Source: Thermoanaerobaculia bacterium | GTDB taxonomy: Bacteria; Acidobacteriota; Thermoanaerobaculia; Multivoradales; UBA5704 | Length of the DNA: 64,000 nt | Assembly: GCA_036399915.1 (NCBI GenBank) | Contig: DASWME010000222.1 | Location: 7,164-71,163, forward strand | Reading direction: 5' to 3' | Shown here: positions 22,830 to 30,037 of the stretch, piece after piece | Numbering within the stretch: the first letter of the stretch is position 1 | How the letters are laid out: each line of letters begins with the position of its first letter | The notes under the pieces: model-generated | What the model was told of the DNA's origin: nothing | The model's input: the letters and a program-made list of their open reading frames with translations, nothing else | The model's database searches: none | Position numbers and translations under genes: made by a program

Positions 22830-23167
22830 CAATCCAAGATCGCGAACTGCACCGTTGCCTTGGCCACCAGCCGGCCGTCCTGGGTGACCTCGCCCTCCGC
22901 CACGGCGAGCCGTTTTCCCTTGCGCAACAGCCGGCCCCGGCCCATGAGAGGCGCGAGGGTGGCGCGGTTCAGGAGGTGCACCGTAATCGTCGCCGGGACG
23001 ACCGGAGCGCCCACGGCGCTCGCGGCGGAGACCTCCGCCAGGGTGGTGAGGACCGCGAAGTGGATCACGTCCGGCGCCATCTGGTGCTCGGGTTTGGGAT
23101 CGAGAAGGACCGTGCCGGGCTCGTCGCCAGGACGCAGGCCGAGGCTCTGATTGAAGTTAGCGGTCAT
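22829..23167 (-). CDS. PaaI-family hotdog-fold thioesterase
   Basis: It is 112 aa, with ...GRGRLLRKGKRLAVAEGEVTQDGRLVAKATVQF, a typical 4HBT/PaaI C-terminus. Confidence 0.7.
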   Translation of the reverse strand: MTANFNQSLGLRPGDEPGTVLLDPKPEHQMAPDVIHFAVLTTLAEVSAASAVGAPVVPATITVHLLNRATLAPLMGRGRLLRKGKRLAVAEGEVTQDGRLVAKATVQFAILD

Positions 23168-23175
23168 GCGATCTC

Positions 23176-24390
23176 CTAGCGATTCCCCGATGCCATCCGC
23201 GCCGCTTCGGGCAGCCGGCGGAGGCGGAGCATGCTCCAGGCGCCGAAGACCGGACCGATGGCGAGGATCAGGAAGGCGCGCTCCCAGCCGAAACGGTCGG
23301 CGAGCGGCGGGATGATGCGGATGGTGAAGAGGGTCAGCAGGAAGCCGAGGCTGGTCTGCAGCGTCAGCGCCGTGCCTACGTAGCGCGGATCGGCCAGCTC
23401 GCTGACCGCGGCACTGAACTGCGCGCTGTCCGCCACCACGGCGAAGCCCCAGACGAGACAGAGGACGGTGAGCGGTCCCGGGCTGTGGAAGAGGAGGCCC
23501 GCCGTCAACGCGCAGGCGCCGGAGACGATCAGGCTCCAGGCGGTCACCCGCGTGCGTCCCAGCCGGTCGGCGAGGCGTCCGGCCAGCACGCAGCCCACCG
23601 TCCCGGCGGCGAGGACGCCGAAGCCGGCGAGGCGGGCGTCGTGCGCGTTCCAGCCCGCGGCCTCATAGCTCGCCAGCAGGAAGATCGGCACCCAGGCCCA
23701 CATGGCGTACAGCTCCCACATGTGACCGAGATAGCCGAAGTTGGCGAGCCGTGTGGGCCGGTCCGCCAGCACGCGTCCCGCGAAGCGCCAGTCGAACGGC
23801 GGCGCCTTGCCGAGGTACGGACCGGGACGGATCACGATCGCTCCCAGGACCGCGGCGATGGCGGCCAGGGCGGAGGTGGCGAGCAGCACCGCGCGCCAGG
23901 GAGGCATGCCGCCTTCGCCGAAGACCGGCAGCGCGTTGAGCAGGTGGGGCACTCCCGAGCCGAGCGTCAAGGCGCCGACCAGGATGCCGATGCCGAGCCC
24001 GCGGTCCTCCTTGCACCAGGAGGCCACGAGCTTCATGCCGGGCGGGTACACGCCGGCGAGGGCGAATCCGGTCAGAAAGCGCAGCGCCAGCGTAGGGCCC
24101 GGCCCGGCGTCGAGGAGAGGGATGGCGGCGTTGGCGCCGGCTGCCACGAAGGCGCTCACCGCGAAGAGCCGGTGCGCGGCCAGGCGGTCCGCCAAGTTGA
24201 GCACGGCCGAGAGCAGCGCCCCCGCCACGAAGCCGATCTGCACGCTCATGGTGAGCCACGACCGCTGGCCGCCCGAGAGGTCCCACTCGGCGGTGAGCTG
24301 GGGCACCACGGCCGAGGCGGAGAACCAGACCGTCATGGCGAGCAGCTCGGCGACGGCCAGCAGGCCGACCTGGGGCCACTTGCGGGTCAT
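23176..24390 (-). CDS. MFS transporter
   Basis: It has 12 predicted TM segments and an LADRLGRTR-type loop 2-3/8-9 motif. Confidence 0.85.
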   Translation of the reverse strand: MTRKWPQVGLLAVAELLAMTVWFSASAVVPQLTAEWDLSGGQRSWLTMSVQIGFVAGALLSAVLNLADRLAAHRLFAVSAFVAAGANAAIPLLDAGPGPTLALRFLTGFALAGVYPPGMKLVASWCKEDRGLGIGILVGALTLGSGVPHLLNALPVFGEGGMPPWRAVLLATSALAAIAAVLGAIVIRPGPYLGKAPPFDWRFAGRVLADRPTRLANFGYLGHMWELYAMWAWVPIFLLASYEAAGWNAHDARLAGFGVLAAGTVGCVLAGRLADRLGRTRVTAWSLIVSGACALTAGLLFHSPGPLTVLCLVWGFAVVADSAQFSAAVSELADPRYVGTALTLQTSLGFLLTLFTIRIIPPLADRFGWERAFLILAIGPVFGAWSMLRLRRLPEAARMASGNR

Positions 24391-24456
24391 GGATCAACTG
24401 ACCCTGAAAGTCCCGTTTGGCTTCTCCTCCGCACCCTCTTCTGATGAGGAGGAACC

Positions 24457-24690
24457 ATGGACCGACGTAAGATCGTTCGCTGTTTCGCCCTCATCTGTAT
24501 GGTCGCCGGCACCCTGCAGACGGCGCAGCCCGCCCTGGCCACGCTCGACCCCTGCGTCTCCGCCTGTTTTCCGGACTACAGCCTTTGCTACGACGGTTGC
24601 CAAGGCTCTCAGCCCTGCCAGCAGGAATGCTGGGCCTACTACCAGGCCTGTCTCTGCGAGTGCAATCCGCCAAGGTACTGTCCGGCCTGA
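24457..24690 (+). CDS. secreted cysteine-rich small protein (77 aa precursor, ~49 aa mature, 10 Cys)
   Basis: AGGAGG lies 6 nt upstream of the ATG. The signal peptide MDRRKIVRCFALICMVAGTLQTAQPALA is followed by TLDPCVSACFPDYSLCYDGCQGSQPCQQECWAYYQACLCECNPPRYCPA, which has three CX3C pairs and a CxCxC. Confidence 0.7.
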   Translation: MDRRKIVRCFALICMVAGTLQTAQPALATLDPCVSACFPDYSLCYDGCQGSQPCQQECWAYYQACLCECNPPRYCPA

Positions 24691-24739
24691 TCGCGCGCCT
24701 GGACGGCGGGATCGTGAGGTCAGCGCCATCCGCGGGAGC

Positions 24740-25303
24740 TTACTTCAGCGCATCCAGCGCCGCCCGGATCTCCGCGTTCGACGGCCGCTGCCGGTAGTCC
24801 TCCTCGACCTTCGCCCAAGCGACCTTGCCGTTCTTGTCGATCACGTAGACCGCCGGGTGCGGGACGCCTTCGATCGGCTGCCCCTTGTAGGCGGGGTCGC
24901 GCAGGCCGTAGGCGTCGATGGTCTTGCTGCCAGGGTCGGAGAGCAGCCGGTAGCCGACCTTGCCTCTGCCGTCGGCGGCAATCTTCTCCTCGAGCTTGCG
25001 GCTGTTCTCGGGCTTGTCGATGCTGATGGCGTAGACGTCCAAGGGCTCGCCCTCCTTGCGGAGGAGCCGCAGCTCGGCCAACTGCCGAGCGCAGAACGGT
25101 CACCAGTAGCCGCGGTAGAAGACGAGCACGACCGGCCGCTGCCCGCGCGAGGCCGACAGCTTCACGGTCTGGCCGTTCTGGTCCTGCAGCGCGAAGTCCG
25201 GGGCCATGTCGCCCACCGCCACCGGCGAGGTGCGGGCCTGCTCCGCCGCGGACGCGAGGCCGGCGATCAGGACGGCGAGAGCTGCGATGCTGAATCTTCT
25301 CAT
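24740..25303 (-). CDS. exported redoxin/peroxiredoxin-like (AhpC/TSA-TlpA fold) selenoprotein candidate, UxxC active site (TGA at 25100-25102 read as Sec)
   Basis: ORFs 25100..25303 and 24740..25081 are in the same frame and are separated only by TGA. The joined sequence reads ...RPVVLVFYRGYW-U-PFCARQLAELRLL..., so the TGA replaces the first Cys of the conserved WCPxC motif. There is an N-terminal signal peptide, AGGAGG lies 7 nt before the ATG, and a SECIS-like hairpin sits downstream. Confidence 0.75.
25067..25094 (-). promoter_or_regulatory. candidate bacterial SECIS stem-loop
   Basis: The mRNA reads UGA CCGUU CUGC-GCUCGGC-AGUUG-GCCGAGC-U-GCGG. This gives 7 perfect bp plus 4 more bp across a bulged U, and a 5-nt apical loop with GU. 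The stem starts 5 nt after the UGA, and the loop G is ~20 nt from the U of UGA. Confidence 0.6.
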
Positions 25304-25329
25304 TGAAAGATCCTCCTGGAAGCTGCGGC

Positions 25330-25610
25330 CCGGGTCACGCCGCCTGACCTGCGGGTCAAGCCGTCTGACCTTCAGGTCAAGCCGCCCGACCTTCAGGTCA
25401 AGCCGTGTGACCTTCAGGTCAAGCCACCAGACCGTCAGGTCAAGTGACCTGACCTCCAGGTCAAGCTATCTGACCTTCAGGTCAAGCCCTTGACCTGGAG
25501 GTCGAGCCGCCTGACCTTCAGGTCACGCCGTCTGACCTTCAGGTCAAACTGTCTGACCTTCAGGTCAAGCCCTCGACCTGCGGGTCGAGCCGTTTGACCT
25601 TCGGGTCAGG
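25330..25610. repeat. tandem array of ~14 x 21-bp units, each containing the palindrome TGACCTnnAGGTCA
   Basis: The consensus unit is tgaccttcaggtcaagccgyc. Six exact TGACCTTCAGGTCA cores start at 25366, 25408, 25471, 25512, 25533 and 25554. The remaining units differ by 1-3 nt. The array fills the spacer between the oxidoreductase stop (25637) and the Sec-redoxin RBS (25310). Confidence 0.95.
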
Positions 25611-25636
25611 GGGCGTTCGATCCATGGGGCCCCGAG

Positions 25637-27187
25637 TCACTTGAAGGTCCGGAACCACACGTCAAAGATCTTTTTCACCGTCGGCGTCAGCTTGCCGCGC
25701 CGCCAGGTGTCGGCCGCCTTCTTCACCACCTCGCCCTGGGTGGGGTAGGGGTGGATGACGCTGGCGATCCTGGCGAGGCCGATGCCATGGGTGACGGCGA
25801 GACAGAGCTCGCCGAGCATGTCGCCCGCGTGCTCGGCCACCAGGGTGGCCCCTACGATCTTACCCTCCTTCGATCCCTTCGCGACGTGGACGCGCAGGAA
25901 GCCGTCGTCGGCGCCGTCGAGGATGGCGCGGTCGACGCCGGAGAGGGGGACCGTCAAGGTCTCGACCGCGATCCCCTTCTCGCGGGCGTCCCTCTCGTAG
26001 AGGCCGACGTGGGCGATCTCGGGCGTGGTGTAGGTGCACCAGGGCACGGTGAGGGCCGAGGCCTTGGCGCGGCCGAAGAACAGGGCGTTCTGGATGACGA
26101 TGCGCGCCTGGGCGTCGGCCACGTGGGTGAACTGGAAGCGGGACGCCACGTCGCCGCAGGCGAAGACGTTCCGGTTGCTGGTGCGCAGGTTGTCGTCCAC
26201 CTCGACGCCGCGCCTGCCGTAGGCGACGCCGGCGGCTTCGAGGCCCAGGCCCTCGACGTTGGGCGCGCGCCCGGCCGCCACCAGGATCTCGTCCGCCACC
26301 GCCTCGTGCCGCTGCCCGCCGCGCTCGAAGACGACGACCTTCTCGGCGCCCCGGCGGCGGACCTCGACGGCCTTCATGCCGAACTCGAAGTGGACGCCGT
26401 CGTCGATCATGGCCTTCTGCACGATCTCGGCGGCGTCGGCGTCCTCGCGGGGGAGGATGTGGGCTTCCTGGTTCAAGTGGGTGACGCGGCTGCCGAGGTG
26501 GGCGAAGGCCTGGGACATCTCGCAGCCGATGGGGCCGCCGCCGATCACCACCAGGCGCTTGGGCAGCTCGGTCAGGTTGAAGATCGTCTCGTTGGTGCGG
26601 AAGCCCGCCTCGGCCAGGCCCGGGATGGGCGGCTCGGCGGCGCGGGCGCCGGTGGCGATGACGGCGCGGCGGAAGCGCAGGCGCTTGCCCTCGACCTCGA
26701 CCGCGTCGGGCGCGACGAAGCGCCCCTCGCCCAGGAAGACGTCCACTCCGAGGCTGGTGAAGCGGCGGGCGCCGTCGTGCACGCTGATGCCGGCGCGCAG
26801 GCGGCGCATGCGCGCCATGGCGGCGCCGAAGTTGCCGGTAGCGTCGTGGGCGACCGGCGGGCCGCCGAAGCGGGCGGCGGCCTCGCGGGCATCGTGCCAG
26901 GCGCGGGCGGCGCGGATCACCCCCTTGGAGGGGACGCAGCCGACGTTCAGGCAGTCGCCGCCCATCAGGTGCCGCTCGAGGAGGGCCACCCGGGCGCCGA
27001 GCCCGGCGGCGCCCGCGGCCGAGACCAGGCCGGCGGTGCCCGCGCCGATCACCACCATGTGATACCGCTCCTTCGGCTCCGGGTTCACCCAGGACGATGG
27101 ATGGACGTTCTCGACGAGCTTGAGGTTGTACTCGTCCAGCGGCTCGACGGGGAACGTCGGCGGCTGCTTCAGGGCGGGCTCAGACAT
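25637..27187 (-). CDS. FAD-dependent pyridine nucleotide-disulfide oxidoreductase (mercuric reductase / dihydrolipoamide dehydrogenase-like)
   Basis: It has VVIGAGTAGLVSA and the redox-active GGDCLNVGCVPSK, plus a C-terminal dimerisation domain with HPYPTQGE. It overlaps the upstream TVP38 gene by 8 nt. Confidence 0.9.
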   Translation of the reverse strand: MSEPALKQPPTFPVEPLDEYNLKLVENVHPSSWVNPEPKERYHMVVIGAGTAGLVSAAGAAGLGARVALLERHLMGGDCLNVGCVPSKGVIRAARAWHDAREAAARFGGPPVAHDATGNFGAAMARMRRLRAGISVHDGARRFTSLGVDVFLGEGRFVAPDAVEVEGKRLRFRRAVIATGARAAEPPIPGLAEAGFRTNETIFNLTELPKRLVVIGGGPIGCEMSQAFAHLGSRVTHLNQEAHILPREDADAAEIVQKAMIDDGVHFEFGMKAVEVRRRGAEKVVVFERGGQRHEAVADEILVAAGRAPNVEGLGLEAAGVAYGRRGVEVDDNLRTSNRNVFACGDVASRFQFTHVADAQARIVIQNALFFGRAKASALTVPWCTYTTPEIAHVGLYERDAREKGIAVETLTVPLSGVDRAILDGADDGFLRVHVAKGSKEGKIVGATLVAEHAGDMLGELCLAVTHGIGLARIASVIHPYPTQGEVVKKAADTWRRGKLTPTVKKIFDVWFRTFK

Positions 27188-27959
27188 GGCGGTCCTCCGC
27201 GGCGGCCGGGGCGTCGATCTCCTGGCGCAGCGCCCTGCCGGCCAGGCGGGTGACGAACGCCGTGACCACGACCGTGGCGACGAGGCCCAGGCCGAGGACG
27301 ATCCAGGACCCAGGGCCCTTCTCCGTCCTGGCTCCTCCCGCCAGCGCCGCCAGGCTGCCGGCGGCCTTGCCGTAGTAGACGTAGAGCAGGGTGCCGGGCA
27401 GCATCGCGATCGAGGCGAGGAAGTACTGCCAGAAGCCGACCCGGGTCAGCCCCAGGGAGTAGTTGAGCAGGTTGAAGGGGAAGACTGGAGAGAGGCGCAG
27501 CAGGGCCACGATCTTGAACCCCTCGCGCCCGACCGCCCGGTCGATGGCCTCGAACTTCGGGTTGCCGGCGATCTTGCGCTCGATGGCGCCGCGCGCCACG
27601 TAGCGGGCCACCAGGAAGGCTGCGGCGGCGCCCAGCGTAGCGCCGATCATGGTGTAGAGCGTCCCCTTGACCAGCCCGAAGATGGCGCCCGCCGCGAGTG
27701 TGAGGAGCGAGCCCGGGATGAAGGCGACCGTGGCGACGGCGTAGCCCAGGATGAAGACGACCGGCCCCCACACCCCCAGGCCCTCGACCCACTGGGCGAA
27801 CCGGGGGATGTAGGCGCCCGCCTGCCGGCCGCCGAGGATCAGGGCGGCCAGGACGGCGAGGCCGATCACGGCGTAGAGGACGAGCCTGGCCTTCGACCCC
27901 GGCTTCTGCTGCGGGACGGCGTCGGCGGTGCTGTTCACAGCAGCGGCTCCTCTCTGCAT
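27180..27959 (-). CDS. TVP38/TMEM64 (DedA-superfamily) membrane protein
   Basis: FIPGSLLTLAAGAIFG...LLRLSPVFPFNLLNYSLGLT is present. The ATG at 27959 lies inside the longer ORF 27180..28493. Confidence 0.8.
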   Translation of the reverse strand: MQRGAAAVNSTADAVPQQKPGSKARLVLYAVIGLAVLAALILGGRQAGAYIPRFAQWVEGLGVWGPVVFILGYAVATVAFIPGSLLTLAAGAIFGLVKGTLYTMIGATLGAAAAFLVARYVARGAIERKIAGNPKFEAIDRAVGREGFKIVALLRLSPVFPFNLLNYSLGLTRVGFWQYFLASIAMLPGTLLYVYYGKAAGSLAALAGGARTEKGPGSWIVLGLGLVATVVVTAFVTRLAGRALRQEIDAPAAAEDRHV

Positions 27960-28069
27960 GGTCCGGCGTGCGCGCCGGTCCCGCGAAAGACTACGGCCCG
28001 CCGGCGCCGGCGGATTACCGGCCTGCCCGGACGGACGCCTTTCCCTGAGATGCCGCGGGCGGCTGGCGG

Positions 28070-28411
28070 TTACGCCGCGGCCCAGAGGGCCGCCGCCAGC
28101 AGGACGCCGCCCATGCCGATGAACGAGGCGAGGAGCGCGGCCAGGTTGCCCAGCGCCGTTCCCTCCTTGGCCGTCTTGCCGAGCAGCATCAGGCCGCCGC
28201 AGGCGACCCCGAGCTGGGTGAACACCACGAGGGTCGTCAGCCAGGAGGGGTAGGGCTCGCCCGCCGGCTTCGCGATCCCCTTGTACAGGTTGACGGCGGA
28301 GACCAGCACTCCGAGGAAAAACAGTCCGATCGCGTAGTAATCCCAGAGCTTCGGGCGCGGCAGCTCGATCTTGGGCAGCTTGAATCTCGGCAGCTTCATG
28401 GCCTCTCCCAT
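28070..28411 (-). CDS. hypothetical small membrane protein (113 aa, 3 TM)
   Basis: AGGAGAG lies ~9 nt upstream of the ATG at 28411, and there are hydrophobic segments. I recognise no family. Confidence 0.5.
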   Translation of the reverse strand: MGEAMKLPRFKLPKIELPRPKLWDYYAIGLFFLGVLVSAVNLYKGIAKPAGEPYPSWLTTLVVFTQLGVACGGLMLLGKTAKEGTALGNLAALLASFIGMGGVLLAAALWAAA

Positions 28412-28529
28412 GGCGTTTCTCTCTCCTGCGGACGCGAAGACGGCGCGAAGGATACCATAAACCTCCCGCTCGGTTGCCGCTTCTGAGGTGCACCGAAAAA
28501 TGTGCAGATCCGTCAAAGTTTCTCGTTCA

Positions 28530-28554
28530 GTTTGCAAATCTGGGGCTTGCAAAC
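28530..28554. promoter_or_regulatory. perfect inverted repeat GTTTGCAA-N9-TTGCAAAC upstream of glnA (candidate operator)
   Basis: It lies 52-76 nt upstream of the glnA ATG, in a locally AT-richer stretch. It does not match the NtcA, TnrA/GlnR or NtrC consensus sequences as I remember them. Confidence 0.35.
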
Positions 28555-28605
28555 CGCCCCAATACCCCCTATGATCCGCCCCAACGTCAATCTTGGGAGG
28601 GCAGA

Positions 28606-29934
28606 ATGACCAGAGAGGAAATCCTCAAGGCCACCGACGAGGAGGGCGTCCGGTTCATGCGCCTGCAGTTCACGGACATCCTCGGGGTGATCAAGAACGT
28701 CGAGATCCCCCGCAGCCAGTTCGAGAAGGCGCTGGACGGCCAGATCATGTTCGACGGCTCGTCGATCGAGGGGTTCACCCGCATCGAGGAGTCGGACATG
28801 CTCCTCACCCCCGACTACTCCACCTTCCGGGTCAACCCGTGGACGAATCCCGACGGCTCGAAGGTGGCGCGCATGATCTGCGACATCTACCTGCCCGACG
28901 GCTCCCCGTTCCCGGGCTGCCCGCGCATGACGCTCAAGCGGCAGGTCGAGCGCGCCAGGGGGATGGGGTACCGGATGGTGGCGGGTCCGGAGGCGGAGTT
29001 CTTCCTCTTCCAGAAAGACGAGCTCGGCAACGCCAAGGTCGAGACGCACGACGTGGGCGGCTACTTCGACCTGACGCCGGTGGACAAGGGCGAGGAGTGC
29101 CGGCGCGACATCGTGATCGTGCTGGAGGCGATGGGCTTCGAGGTCGAGGCCGCGCACCACGAGGTGGCGCCGGGCCAGCACGAGATCGACTTCAAGTACG
29201 CCGAGGCGGTGGAGTGCGCCGACAACGTGACCACCTTCCGCTTCGTGGTGAAGAAGGTGGCCCTGGACCACGGCCTGCACGCCACGTTCATGCCCAAGCC
29301 CATCTTCGGCGTCAACGGCTCAGGCATGCACTGCCACCAGAGCCTGCTCAACAAGAGGGGCGACAACGCCTTCTTCGACGCCAAGGCGGAGTGGCAGCTC
29401 TCCAAGGTGGCCATGGGCTACATCGGCGGCATCCTCGAGCACGCGGCGAGCTTCGCGGCGGTCACCAACCCGCTGGTCAACTCCTACAAGCGGCTGGTGC
29501 CCGGCTACGAGGCGCCGGTCAACATCGCCTGGTCGGAGAAGAACAGGAGCCCGCTGGTGCGCGTGCCGGCCAAGCGCGGCATGTCCACCCGCTGCGAGGT
29601 GCGCATGCCCGACCCGTCGTGCAACCCCTACCTGGCTCTCGCGGTGATGCTGGCCGCGGGCCTCGACGGCGTGCAGCGCAACCTCCACCCGGGCTCGCCC
29701 GTCAACAAGAACATCTTCACCATGAGCAACCGCGAGAAGCGGCGGCTGCGCATCGGCCAGCTCCCGGCGAACCTCTCCGAGGCGCTCGATGAGTTGGAGA
29801 AGGACGACGTCGTCAAGGACGCCCTGGGCGACCACATCCTCGAGAACTACCTGCGGGCCAAGCGCCAGGAGTGGGCGGAGTACATCTCGCACGTCCACCC
29901 CTGGGAGCAGGAGAAGTACCTCGGGGAGTATTGA
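28606..29934 (+). CDS. glnA: glutamine synthetase, type I
   Basis: [37 protein letters not shown] and [13 protein letters not shown] are present. GGGAGGG lies upstream of the ATG at 28606. Confidence 0.95.
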   Translation: MTREEILKATDEEGVRFMRLQFTDILGVIKNVEIPRSQFEKALDGQIMFDGSSIEGFTRIEESDMLLTPDYSTFRVNPWTNPDGSKVARMICDIYLPDGSPFPGCPRMTLKRQVERARGMGYRMVAGPEAEFFLFQKDELGNAKVETHDVGGYFDLTPVDKGEECRRDIVIVLEAMGFEVEAAHHEVAPGQHEIDFKYAEAVECADNVTTFRFVVKKVALDHGLHATFMPKPIFGVNGSGMHCHQSLLNKRGDNAFFDAKAEWQLSKVAMGYIGGILEHAASFAAVTNPLVNSYKRLVPGYEAPVNIAWSEKNRSPLVRVPAKRGMSTRCEVRMPDPSCNPYLALAVMLAAGLDGVQRNLHPGSPVNKNIFTMSNREKRRLRIGQLPANLSEALDELEKDDVVKDALGDHILENYLRAKRQEWAEYISHVHPWEQEKYLGEY

Positions 29935-29947
29935 CGTGGTATAGAGT

Positions 29948-30022
29948 GAGGGGACGGGGCCCCGTCCCCTCTCGCGCGGTGAAGGATTGGGGAGTGCGCG
30001 GGGATGAAATCCTTCCCCGCGC
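29948..30022. terminator. two GC-rich hairpins between convergent glnA and the DUF4301-like gene
   Basis: gaggggacgggg/ccccgtcccctc (29948-29971) is a perfect 24-nt palindrome. gcgcgggga-N9-tccccgcgc lies at 29996-30022. Neither has a clear U-tract. Confidence 0.4.
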
Positions 30023-30037
30023 CGGGGGGGATGGGGC

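Noticed and set aside
24740-25303. A redoxin gene that is simply a nonsense-mutated pseudogene or two separate ORFs.
   Set aside because: The stop is TGA, sits exactly at the catalytic Cys column of WCPxC, the frame is otherwise intact over 187 codons, and a SECIS-like hairpin follows. The downstream piece would need a TTG start with no RBS. Pseudogene remains the null hypothesis until the sel genes are found.
25206-25493. A 95-aa ORF with a heptad repeat (LTFRSSR...).
   Set aside because: It is a by-product of the 21-bp (7-codon) DNA repeat. It runs antisense into the N-terminus of the redoxin gene and has no RBS.
25330-25610. Possible CRISPR array.
   Set aside because: The units are contiguous at a 21-bp period with no unique spacers, each unit is itself the repeat, and there are no cas genes in the window.
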